64,000 nt of DNA from Podarcis muralis (taxonomy: Eukaryota), in the NCBI RefSeq assembly GCF_964188315.1, contig NC_135662.1, forward strand, positions 78,492,001-78,556,000, given 5' to 3'. Each line of letters opens with the position of its first letter. Position 1 is the first letter of the stretch. The notes beneath the pieces were generated by a model, which did not search any database, was not told the origin of the DNA, and was given only the letters and a program-made list of their open reading frames with translations. The position numbers were made by a program, and so were the translations under genes. Below, in pieces: positions 35,567-47,037 of the stretch.

Positions 35567-36470
35567 TATACTGAGCATATTTAATACAGGTTGTTGTATT
35601 GGGTGGTATTTTTAGGCTAATCGTGTGGACATTTTTATTTTGTTTTTTACTGCCAAATTTTTTCCTTGGTGAAGTAAATGGATTTCTTTTGAATGCCCCA
35701 GGAATATTCAAATTCTGTGTAGCTGTCTTTTTGTCCCTTCGGTGTCTGCCTTACAGCTGCTTTTGATCCCCATTGTTTGTAGAGATGATCCCTACATTAA
35801 ATAAGTTTGGAGGGCTATATACAGAAACAGTCAAAGAAATGTTAAATATGGAACATTCTAATTTGTGGAAAAAAAATAGGTAATTCCTCTAATGGATGTA
35901 TTATTGTGAATTCTTGAGTAAAATTAGAATTGCCAAGCATATCAGAAGAAAAATAAGATCTGCACTAGATGTTATTAAGCCTATTAAGACCTAGTCTGAA
36001 ATGCCTGCACATGCTTGCTTGCGAGGAAGCCCCATTAAACAGAGAGGCTGATATCCCTTTAAACAGTTTATATAGCACAAGCACTTTTGGCTGTGCAATG
36101 GAACTTCCTCTCCCTCTCCCTGTGTGCTCCCTAAATATGTTCTGAGGGTTCCCTCAACCCTCCAGAGCAGATTTTGGGGGTGCACAGGGAGGGTAGAAGG
36201 AAGGGAAGTTACATTACACAGCCAAATGTGTTTGCACTAGTGGAATTGTTTAGTTGGATACCAACCAGTGGGGGTACTTCTGAATACGTAACAGGGCATC
36301 CATAGTTCACATCAGCATTTTTTATCTAATTAGCCCCTTAATTTTTCAGTGAAGCCTGCTCAGAATTTATTAAGAGGATAGGGTATGTGGTACTTAATGA
36401 AGAAGTTAAAACATATGTAATGCTTAAGGCTGGAAATGACCCATAATTAGTTGACTCCTAATGGCCTCTG

Positions 36471-36735
36471 TAATAATAATAATTTATAATTTTATTATTT
36501 CTGCCCTGCCCATCTGGCTGGATTTCCCCACCCACTCTGGGCGGCTTACAGCATTTATTAAAACAATAAAACATCAAACATTAAAAACTTCCTGATACAC
36601 GGCTGCCTTCAGATGTCTTCTAAAAGTTGTGTAGTTCTTTATGTCCTTGATATTTGAAGGGAGGGCATTCCACAAGGAGGGTGCCACTACCGAGAAGGCC
36701 CTCTGCCTGGTTCTCTGTAACTTTGCTTCTCTCCG
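36471..36735 (-). mobile_element. L2-clade LINE 3' end
   Basis: RAFSVVAPSLWNALPSNIKDIKNYTTFRRHLKAAVYQEVFNV, then 3' UTR and (ATT)n tail. Confidence 0.88.
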
Positions 36736-37120
36736 TGAATAGCCCATCACTATTGATATACAGCCTTTCAACATCAGTTGGGGTCTGGGGCTGTCTGTTT
36801 GGCCCATGGGAATGACCCTAGGCAACACCCCTCTGTTCTGTGCCCCACTTAAGGGCTTTTCTTTGAACAGTGTTTTCGAACTGCAATAATGTCTCTTCCA
36901 GTCAGGATGGAGAGATGTGGATAGGCAGACCTTCTTTACTTTTGCCTTGATGGAATGTACAAATTCAAGATTTACATCTTTTCCTCTGGCCATCTTTGCA
37001 TCGGGCCATGTCAATATTTTTCCTGGGGGCACGTGAAATTGGTGGGTGTAAATCTTTTTTTTATAATAATAATAATAAAGTTCAAAAGTTGTATTTTATC
37101 ACAGAGCATGCATTTCAATA

Positions 37121-37366
37121 CAGTCATACCTCAAGTTGCGTTTGCTTCACATTGCGTTTTTTCAGGTTAAGAATGAGGCAAACCCAGAAGCTACTTCTGG
37201 GTTCGCCGCTTTGCGCATGCACAGGAGCGATCTGCACGCTTCGTGCATGTGCAGGAGCGCTCTATCGTGTCACGTGCATGCGCAGGAGCGGTGCTCGACT
37301 TATGGACTTTTCAGGGTGCAAACGGCACCCTGGAACAGATCGCATCTGCAAGTAGAGGTGCCACTG
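37121..37366. mobile_element. Tigger-like MITE, divergent subfamily
   Basis: TA|CAGTCATACCTC...GAGGTGCCACTG|TA. Confidence 0.75.
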
Positions 37367-37407
37367 TATATATTTCACCTCAATATACACGTATCTAAAT
37401 GCATTTT

Positions 37408-37764
37408 CGGGACGCAGGTGGCGCTGTGGGTTAAACCACAGAGCCTAGGACTTGCCGATCAGAAGGTCAGCAGTTCAAATCCCCGCGACGGAGTGAGCTC
37501 CCGTTGCTCGGTCCCTGCTCCTGCCAACCTAGCAGTTGGAAGCACGGCAAAGTGCAAGTAGATAAATAGGTACCACTTCGGCGGGAAGGTAAATGGCGTT
37601 TCCGTGTGCTGCTCTGGTTTGCCAGAAGTGGCTTAGTCATGCTGGCCACATGACCCAGAAGCTGTACGCCAGCTCCCTTGGCCAATAAAGCGAGACGAGC
37701 GCCGCAACCCCAGAGTCGGTCACGACTGGGCCTAATGGTCAGGGGTCCCTTTACCTTTACCTTT
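37408..37764 (+). mobile_element. Sauria SINE (subfamily A)
   Basis: Full body. TSD TAAATGCATTTT at 37396-37407 and 37765-37776. Confidence 0.95.
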
Positions 37765-38030
37765 TAAATGCATTTTATCCTAAAATACATTTTCATGCAT
37801 TTTGAAGTGAGGATCCAAGGATAATTATGTTCCAATCTGGGAGGTGCAGATTAGGCCAGTTCCAAAAATGCAAAGCAAAGGAAGTTTTCCTCCATCCCTA
37901 ACTACAGGAGGAGTCATGGATAAACGCTTCCATGTAACTGGGCCTTCTTTCCCTGTTGATAGATGTACATTGCTAGCTCATATCTGTGGATCATGAAACA
38001 TTAAAAAACTAACAAATGTGTTAGGTGGCG

Positions 38031-38157
38031 GAATTGTAGAGCTGGAAGGGACCCATAGGGTCATCTAGTCTAGTGCCCTACAATGCAGGAATCTCAACAC
38101 ATGGTCCCTCATCCAATTTGAAACCATACCAGACCCTGCTTAGCTTTGCAAATGTGC
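38031..38157 (-). mobile_element. Putative 5S rRNA-derived SINE (SINE3) with CR1-type tail
   Basis: Minus strand: AAGCTAAGCAGGGTC (5S box A) ...TTGGATGAGGGACC (box C-like), then ATTCCTGCATTGTAGGGCACTAGACTAGATGACC...GGTCCCTTCCAGCTCTACAATTC. Confidence 0.65.
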
Positions 38158-38769
38158 TACCCAGTTGACTTGTCTATGTAAAGTCTTTGAATTTACTGTT
38201 TCACTTTATACATAGGAACAGGCAAACTCACATTAGGTTTCTGTGAGGATTGTTGCAAACATTCCAAGAAGATGATGGCTCAAAAGGCAACTTAAATATG
38301 CATCTGGGAATGGAAGGCAAGTCGTAAAGGAATTTTAATCATGAATATATCACAGCAAGCACAAACGCACTGTGAGGCAACAGAATTTAAATTGAAGGCA
38401 CCTGAAATGCAATTTGTAGTTTAGATAATGGAGTATGTTGTCATTAATAATACCAGCTAGAATGATTAACTTGTTTTCTTTCTATTGTAACAGAAGTTTT
38501 ATAAATTAATATTTTAACATTTCAGTGTCACTTCTACTAAAACAAGCATAACAAATAATTAAGCTTTAGTTTTTGACAATCTAAGGAAGAAACAAGCGTT
38601 ACAGAACTAAAATGATCTTGAAAAGTGTCTGGTGCCTTCAGAATGAAAAGCTAAGAAAGGCTGTTTTACTTTCTTGCTGTTTTCATAACTACCTGTGCTT
38701 GAGAAACTGCATGCTGAGAGGATAGCCTGAAGACCTAATAGATTAAATGTGATATTCCCTCTATACAAA

Positions 38770-38875
38770 TGGATAGCTCAGTTGGTTAGAACATGGTCTG
38801 GTAATGCCAAAGTTGCAGGTTCAATCTCCATATGGACAGCTGCTTATTCCTGCATTGCAGGGGGTTGGACCAGGG
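38770..38875 (+). mobile_element. tRNA-derived SINE with CR1-type 3' part
   Basis: A box TAGCTCAGTTGG and B box GGTTCAATCTCC, then ATTCCTGCATTGCAGGGGGTTGGAC. No tRNA 3' acceptor stem. Confidence 0.8.
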
Positions 38876-38998
38876 TGCTAATGATCAGAAACAAACCATC
38901 TGAAAATGAGATAGAGCATCTGCTATGTCATTATTAACTCCTGGGATAAATTTGGCCACAAAAATGATGTTACACTCAAGGCACAGCAACACAAATGA

Positions 38999-39365
38999 TC
39001 AAAGCAGGCGAGACACCCTCTCGGAATGCGATGACTGTCTTACCAGTACGTTAACCACAGCCTGGTTATCGGTCGAGAAGCACACCTGGCGATTTCGGAA
39101 TTCCTTGGTCCAAAGGTGGACAGCCACAGCTATGGGGGGAAACTCCAGAAAAGTAAGATCCCGAGTGATGGCTTTGTCTTGCCAACTATCTGGCCAGTGC
39201 TGAGCACACCAACAAGAAGAACAGCCCGAACCCCAGTGATCCTGCCGCATCAGATTGGACCTGGAAATCTGTGGACAAATTAAGATTGTCTTGCCATAAG
39301 GAGATCCCACTGTAAACAGTCCAGTCTGCACAACTTGAAAGTCAAGTTTACCCACCAGTCTCATA
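38999..39365 (-). mobile_element. DIRS/Ngaro-type retrotransposon RNase H remnant
   Basis: SLW...DFQVQSDAAGSLGFG / WCAQHWPDSW...LTFLEFPPIAVAVHLW...VCFSTDNQAVVNVLVRQSS, with a frameshift. Confidence 0.78.
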
Positions 39366-39740
39366 TTGTGACCTGCCAGATGTGCAATAATCCTTCATTG
39401 TTTTTTCAGTCCCCAACAGCAGCAGAACAGGATGTTGTTGGTGGATTGTGGTTGGATTGCTGAGTGCCAAGTAATGTAGGCTTAGTTTCGGCTATGCAGT
39501 GGGCAACTTGGAGGGAAGTTCTGCACATAGAAGTAGAGAGTGGGATGGGCAGGGGAACAGGCAAACATGGCTGACCATCACCTGTCCTGGCTTATGCATG
39601 TCAGGCAGTGGAGGGTGAATTTTGGAGCCAGCAGTTTAAGGTGGTAACCATGTCTTCCTGTCATGCTTCACCCTGCAACATGTTCACTGAGTTCCTCACC
39701 GCACCCCACCCCATGATATTGAACTATAGACATAGGCAAC

Positions 39741-39962
39741 TGTCGGAATTTCTGCTCAACCGAGCGACTCTTCCGGAATCACCTCCGACGTGATTAACGA
39801 CCTGAGCCTTTGATGAGGCTCCAAGCACGTTCCCATTACGCAGAGTATCAAAGCAGCAGAAGTGACGAGATTTATGAGCTACATTTCAAAGAGTGTTTTA
39901 TTTATTTCTAACTATGCAGACAGAAAAGAAATCATCCTCTCTCTGTGAAGGACAGCAACTGA

Positions 39963-40010
<48 letters not shown>

Positions 40011-41248
40011 TTATTTGTACCCCGCCCATCTGGCTGGGTTTCCCCAGCCACTCTGGGCGGCTTCCAACAAAGATGAAAGATACACTAAAATGTCACATAT
40101 TAAAAACTTCCTTGAACAGGGCTGCCTTCAGATGTCTTCTGAATGTCAGGTAGATGTTTATCGCTTTGACATCTGATGGGAGGGCATTCCACAGGGCAGG
40201 CGCCACTACCGATATTTGGATCCATTAAGTGGCGGGGGCGGACCATCTGAATCGGTCCCACCTCCCTGCAGAGGGGATGGTTCGCAGAGAAGTCCAGTTG
40301 CACCAGGAAGTGATCTGACCATGGCACTTCTTTCGTTTCGCTTTTACTTAGTGTCAGATCACCAACATCCATAGAGGTAAACACCAGGTCCAAGGCATGT
40401 CTGCGGCTATGGGTTAGGCCAGACTTATTCAGGGACAGCCCCATGGAGGCCATGCTTTCCACGAAGTCCCGAGCGGCCCCTTGTAAGGTTGTGTCGGCAT
40501 AGATGTTAAAATCCCCTAGGACAACCAAGCTAGGTGTCTCCAGGAGAACATCCACCACAACCTGAAGCAGCTCGGGCAGGGAATCCTTGGTGCAGCGGGG
40601 AGGTCGGTACACCAAAAGGAATCCTGTACTGCCCCTATTGCCCAACTTCCAGAACATGCACTCGGAAAACTGGGTCTTCCCAATAGGACGCCTGGTGCAA
40701 ACTAATGACTTCCTAAAAATCACTGCAACCCCCCCTCCCCGCCCACATGACCTGGGTTGCTGTGCGTAAGAGAAACCTGGTGGACAAGCAGCGGCAAGGA
40801 CAGGCCCATCTGCTTCATCCAACCAAGTCTCTGTTACACATGCCAGGTCAAGTCCTCCATCCATGATCAAGTCATCGATGGCAGTGGTCTTATGAATCAT
40901 TGACCTGGCATTGCACAGCAACACTTTCAGGTCATGTGGGTATCCCTTGCTGATTCTAGTATCCATCCGGTCAGGACCAGACCCGGAGGCAGGGATAGTC
41001 CTCAGACAACGACTAAACCTGCCTCCTCTGTAATGACATGGTCTGGTCTTAGCGTAACTCCTCCTCCTACCCGTGATCACTGAGATCGGTTGTCCCAGTG
41101 CATCTCTCCCAACTGAAAAACAAAGGAACAGGAAACGAGTAACCGTCTCCTGTCTTCCGTGAGACTTCCAACAGTATGGAATCTCTGGAATGTAAACAGA
41201 GTCTTGTGACTCCAAGCAACTGCACAGTGGCACAAATAGAAACTAACA
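39741..41248 (-). mobile_element. Solo LTR (~350 bp) interrupted by an L2 insertion
   Basis: TG...CA termini with perfect 5-bp TSD GCAAC (39736-39740 and 41249-41253). Minus-strand AATAAA at 39897-39902. Confidence 0.82.
39965..41111 (-). mobile_element. Internally deleted L2 LINE: complete AP-endonuclease domain fused to the 3' terminus
   Basis: NARS, VTETW, VYRPP, GDFN, LDL and WSDH motifs in ORF 40100-41233. Junction to the 3' end at 40212/40213, (ATT)n tail, TSD CAACTGAAA at 39956-39964 and 41112-41120. Confidence 0.9.
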
Positions 41249-41573
41249 GCAACAAGATATTTGGTTTCTCTGTGTGTTTTTCCACTTTTTAGCTGAATTG
41301 ACTACAGAGTTTTTGGTTTTGTCTGCTCTTTACTGCTCTGTTGGAGAGGCTTCTGTTGTGATCTACACCTGCTATATGTGCTTATTTTGGCAGTAGCTGG
41401 CAGGCAGCGTTCAAAATTCACCAGGCACATTTTGCATCTGGCTATCGGCCACTTGCGACCAAGTGAAGATGCCCAGGCCCCAGGATGGCGCCTGACATCT
41501 CCACCATCTGGAGATGCATGCCTGGGGATTCTTTACATATCACTTGATTGCAGACCCCCACCCAAAAACCCTA

Positions 41574-42165
41574 CACCACGAAACCAGAAGCCTTTCTACT
41601 TGGAATAATAGGAATGGAATTGCCTAAAAAAGACGTTAGACTGTTTTTGTATGCCACAACTGCAGCGAGAATTTTACTTGCCAAAAATTGGAAATCACAG
41701 GAAATACCAACAGTGGAAGATTGGGAGATGAAGATGTTGGACTTTTTGGAGCTGGCCGACCTTACTGGAAGAATCCGCGATCAGAAAGAGGAGGAATATC
41801 AAGAAGAATGGAAGAAATCTAAGGAATATCTAGCAAAATATTATAGTATAATATAAGTGGAAATACTTGCAAGTATTAAATTTGGCTTAGGATTAGAGTA
41901 TGTTGAATTGTATGGTAATATGGATTGAGAACATTATGAAAAGAAAAAAAGTTAGTAATTTGAACAAGTTAATTTTATTAGAAAGTGGATATTGGAAAAT
42001 TGCTAAAATGTGATTTAATGAAAATCAGTTCCATTTAACAATGGAAATTAATTTGGATCTTTGATTGGAAGATGTATGTTTGCTTTTTGTTTGTTGTTTT
42101 TTATTTTTTTTACATGTGTTTTGTTTTTTGTATTTGTAATAAATTTGGAAAATTGAGAGAGAAAA
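41574..42165 (+). mobile_element. 5'-truncated L1-clade LINE
   Basis: KPEAFLLGII...YATTAARILLAKNWKSQEIPTVEDW ORF2 C-terminus and AATAAA near the end. 12-bp TSD CCAAAAACCCTA at 41562-41573 and 42166-42177. Confidence 0.9.
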
Positions 42166-43274
42166 CCAAAAACCCTATGCCGCAAAGTGGTTTACAAAAA
42201 GAATAAAACAATGAAATTATTACTAAAAGCAATTAAAACATCCCAAAAATAAAACCAGCAATAAACCCTAAACACCAACAGCATTATTGATATCTGGGTA
42301 GACTTGATAAAGGTGTGTCCATTCATCCAAGACAGTGTTGAAGAGAAAAATGAGATACTTACCACCAATAACTGGGTCTTCTTGAATGAAACAACTTTTT
42401 ATATAAAGCACACACAGTCATTTTTTCCTGTCTGAAATTCTGATTTGCTGTTACTCAATTACAGTTATAATAGGCTCATTAAATCAATATGAGGGAATTG
42501 AAACAGGGATATATTTCTATCAACATATTAGGAAAGTGGGCTTTATGCTTGCAATCTAGCTGTGATAGCCCTTTATCCTATGCAGACTTTTTAATGTCTC
42601 TCTCTGAGTAACAGAAAGCAAGAGAGAGAGAGAGAGAGCTCTGTGTGTTGATTTCTCCAAACAGCTGTTTTATCAGCATCAGCAATTTTATTCTCACTTA
42701 CAATCTGCTTTCCTTACATTGGAACATTGTAATTCTTTTTTTGTGTCATGTTACTGCAAAGTACTTACACCGGCAACATTTACTGGTATAATATAGAAAT
42801 GTTACTTCCATTGTGGTGTTTGCTGTAGTCAAATATTTCCTGCATGGTCAGCAGGGGTATAGTGCAAGGAGTGTACTCTGCAAGTTTTGACATTTTGAAT
42901 TTATAAGTGGGGCCTGCAATAGAATGTTGCAGCATATTCCTAACCCTTGGCAGGTGTGCTTCAGTTTAGTACTCCAGACAGCCTGGAAAAGAAGCTTTGT
43001 AGCCAGGGCTGGTGCTATCATTAGGGCAACTAGGCAGCCATCTAGGGTGCAGATCTGAGAGGGGTGTACCACTGACCTTTGAGGGGCACAGTTTTATACA
43101 GATTTTAAAATACCTAACTGCTTTGTTAAAGAGAATCAGAGAAATAGAATCCAGTCATTAAAAAAAAAAAGGAATCAGCCAGATAATTTGAGGATACAGA
43201 TCTTTCTTATACCAGTTGCCAGTTATCACTGGCAGTTGTATTTCTCCTTGGAGATTAACATCTCTGATACTGTA

Positions 43275-43276
<2 letters not shown>

Positions 43277-43324
<48 letters not shown>
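43277..43324. repeat. (TC)n microsatellite
   Basis: Directly visible. Confidence 0.97.
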
Positions 43325-43329
<5 letters not shown>

Positions 43330-43831
43330 CACTAGAAGATATACAGATAAGCTGGCAGAAGCTACAACCAGTGGGACAAAGAACACTAGCGTTCCTCCTA
43401 AGTCAGGACATGTACTTTCCCTCTTTTAATGCTAAAACACCACAGAAGGCCAGTTACGTGTACCTGTCGGCCATTCCATTCTTATTTCCAGTGAAGTGCA
43501 GAACAGTTTAAGTGAAAACCTGGTTCCGTGTTGAACATCTGCTTCAAGGTTATTAAGACACAAGATGCTATTGTGATAAAAAGGCCTAGTACTTGCGTAG
43601 GCTTGTGGTATCCCCCCCCCCAGTTCAGTCTAATGGAACAAGTGATCTCCTACAGATAGCACTTACGTGCCTTTCAGTATGCTAACTGAATATTCCTTAA
43701 CTGGTTATGACTTTTATCTGATGGATGACAAACCTCTCCACCGAAGAGTGGGTGGGCGGGAAGCAGAATTCAGAATATGTTCCTCAGTTGTGTGTCCTCA
43801 AAGGTGTATTTCATGACGTCTGGAATAATAT

Positions 43832-44580
43832 TGTCAGGGAATGGTCTGGATCAGAGGATTGGGGAATGCATTCTCAGGCACAGCAGCTTCTCTCTGATGA
43901 GCAGCTGGAGGGGGAAGATTTGCCCCTCCTTGTCTCCAGCGGTTTCAGAAGCAGGGAGAGACAAAGACACAGAACAGATTAGATAAGAGTTGCCTAGCTA
44001 CAGGATAATGGGCAGATAACCAGGAGGGAGGGAACAACCAGCAGAGACATCATTAGAGAGTGTGAAAGACCCTCCCTCCCCAAGGACTAGGAGATCCATC
44101 CATATTAGAGAACAAAGAACGCAGAAAGGAGGAGGGACTTCCTGTTGGCACCCATAATGTTGTGAGAGACGGAAGGGGGAGGATTTAGAGTACACTGATA
44201 CCTTGTGTTATGTACTTAATCTGTTCCGGAGGTCCGTTCGTAACCAGAAACCGCTTGTAACATGAGGTGCACTTTCACTAATGGCACCTCCTGCTGCTGC
44301 CGCACTGCCAGAGAGACTTCCGCTCACATCCTGGGGCAAAGTTCACAAGAAGGGGCATCTACTTCCAGGTTAGCAGAGTGTGCAACCCGAAACATTCGTA
44401 AGGGGGGGGGGGCGTTACGTAACACAAAGTACCCCTGTAACCAACTGTTCTCCTTGTGGAGGGATGTGGATTTTTGCTTGCAACCAGATAACTGAATAAA
44501 AAGGTCTATAAATATAAACTGCTCATTAATTCTTGTCTTTGAAGTTACCGAAGGGAGGGGAGGACTCTCCGCGCCTGACA
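43832..44580 (+). mobile_element. Solo LTR (~500 bp) with nested MITE
   Basis: TGTCAGG...CCTGACA inverted termini and perfect 5-bp TSD AATAT. Orientation tentative. Confidence 0.82.
44193..44437. mobile_element. Older Tigger-like MITE inside the LTR
   Basis: TA|CACTGATACC...GTACCCCTG|TA; body homologous to the main MITE family. Confidence 0.75.
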
Positions 44581-45202
44581 AATATAGTCATTTTCTAAGT
44601 GGAAAGAACTGTCCACTGTCAGAATTTCCATGCCAAATTTTATATAAAGCATATAACGAAAGGTGGGTGGAGGACCCTTGACCCAAATCCACCATCACCC
44701 TGCAGGGTTCCTGCAGCAGCGGACCTTGAGGTCTCAAATTTCAGCGGAACCTTGTGCAACACCAGAATTCGGCATCCGCCATCTCTTGCACTCCATTCTG
44801 TCATAGTTGCGGTGCCCCTAAGGCTCCACGCCAAGTGCAGCTAAACTGGTTGGGCTCCCCTAAATCCACCTCTGGTTCCTCTCTGGTCTTTTGCGTCTTC
44901 TCTCCTTGCCAGTCTTGCAATACATCCTAAAAAAAATTGCTGGGAACCCAGAAGAAAATATAAATTTGCAGCTTTCTTTAAAGGGAAATGCCGATACAGG
45001 AAGTGAAATACTGTAAATGTGAATGGATGGGTTTGTGTGAGACACACTTAATGGATGATGAGGGGGACAGAGACCAGAAGAGAAAAATGAAATGTCAGTG
45101 AGAGCAGGGGAGAATTGAGGAGTGTGTTGATGGATAGATGACTGTAAATGGGATGTGTATCTGGATATGGCCATGGTATATTGTACACCGCCCTGAGATC
45201 TT

Positions 45203-45204
45203 TA

Positions 45205-45253
<49 letters not shown>

Positions 45254-45357
45254 CGCCAGTCTGACTGGGTTGCCTGAGCCATTCTGGGTGGCTTCAAACA
45301 AAATACTAAAAACAGAATAAAACATCAACCATTAAAAAACTGGGCTGCCTTCAGATG
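45203..45357 (-). mobile_element. L2 3' fragment with (TAA)n tail, inserted into an older + strand L2-type tail
   Basis: Same 3' UTR as 36471 and 39965. The flanks rejoin to TGTACACCGCCCTGAGATC...ATATAGGGTGATATATAAAT. Confidence 0.65.
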
Positions 45358-46613
45358 ATATAGGGTGATATATAAATTGAATAAATAATAATAAGATGTG
45401 ACTTCCGAAAGGTTACCTAACCCTGGTGTAGCACATTCCTTAAGAATAATCTAGGCTGCATTTTCAGTTCATTAGAGATGTCCAACAATAGGCAGAGGGT
45501 AAGAACAGTTTACATTTATGATCCCCCCCCCAAAGTAAAAAATGACAGCTCAGGTTAAAAGCATGACGTTACAGCAGCTGAAGCACTGAACAAGTGGAAC
45601 ACATGAAAGATCTTTTGCTGGAGCCCTGAAGATCAAGATTGGCCTATAACAATTACACTCTCTAGGAAAGCCTTTTGCTTCATTAAACCAGAATAATCTA
45701 ATCTACTCTCTTGGCACCTTTCCAAGGACACAGATGTCAGCCCAGAAAAAGTGTTGTTGTTGGTCCTGAGAAACCTTGAAATATGTTGTTTTGTCTCGAT
45801 AGCCAAGCTTTTCCTCCCTGGGTTTGATTTGCTGGAGAAATGTAAAAAACAGTTTTATCTAATGGACTAACTGAAGTAGGTTGTGGCACGCTCTGTGTCT
45901 TTTAGAAAAGCAGTTTTTGGAGATGATTGTTAAGAATGGGGAAGCAGTAGGAGGGGAGGTACTTAACTCTTTTGGTACCATAAACTACATTCTTAAAACA
46001 ATTCTATCCCCTATGTTTTAAATCCTTAACGTGTATTGTTTTCACACAAGCTACATGTGGAATAGAAGTGTGGTGGAGCAGGCACAGGAGAGCACAGCTC
46101 TTGGATTTTTTTTCAGAGCAGCAACAACGGAGTTCCCTGCTGGAGCACCAGGATAATCGACAGATCCTTGCTTTGACCAATGAACATAAACGTTCAGGTT
46201 CTCCAGTTGGGTTTCTACTTCAATTTTAAGTCATGGCACTTCTTTGCAAGGCTGTTTATATTTCTAAAGCTTCATGTTACACTTCAGCTGCTTTGTTAAA
46301 GCTTGATACGTCCTGCAAGTTGAACTTGTGCAGTCAGAAGTAACCCAGTGAAGGCTAGCCCATTAGGGCAAACGGCGCACCACCTCACCCAGCCATCAGC
46401 TATCCCCCACCAGCCTACTTTTCAATTTACAACCAGTTGTACTGCCCTCCCCCAGTGGTCACCCAACTGTGGCAACCACCAAGCAGCAGCAGGTTCTATG
46501 GATCTCAGTAAACGGAGGGCAACAAACTTGTAGGCAGCAGAAGCAAGCTTTATTAACTACTATTTTAATAGGTAAGGAAGCAGCAGCAGGTGCTATATAC
46601 AAAGTAAAGATAA

Positions 46614-47037
46614 TTGTTGTTTGTTGTTGTTTAGTCATTTAGTCGTGTCCGACTCTTCATGATCCCATGGACCAGAGCATGCCAGGCACTCCTGTCTTCC
46701 ACTGCCTCCCGCAGTTTGGTCAAACTCATGCTGGTAGCTTCGAGGACACTGTCCAACCATCTCGTCCTCTGTCGTCCCCTTCTCCTTGTGCCCTCCATCT
46801 TTCCCAACATCAGGGTCTTTTCCAGCGAGTCTTCTCTTCTCATGAGGTGGTCAAAATATTGGAGTCTCAGCTCTCAGGATCTGTCCTTCCAGGGAGCACT
46901 CAGGGCTGATTTCCTTCAGAATGGATAGGTTTGATCTTCTTGTAATCCATGGGACTCTCAAGAGTCTCCTCCAGCACCATAATTCAAAAGCATGGATTCT
47001 TCGGCGATCAGCCTTCTTTATGGTCCAGCTCTCACTT
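46614..47037 (-). mobile_element. BovB (RTE clade) LINE 3' fragment
   Basis: MRREDSLEKTLMLGKMEGTRRRGRQRTRWLDSV...KSRTRLND with (CAA)n tail. Confidence 0.95.

Noticed and set aside
38110-38157. 5S rRNA gene
   Set aside because: Only the box A to box C region resembles 5S and it is diverged; treated as a SINE head.
38770-38845. tRNA gene
   Set aside because: A and B boxes are present, but there is no acceptor stem and it continues into a CR1-type tail, so it is a SINE head.
40100-41233. 377-aa ORF as a host endonuclease gene
   Set aside because: It lies within a TSD-flanked L2 with tail, inside an LTR. It is reported as a mobile element.
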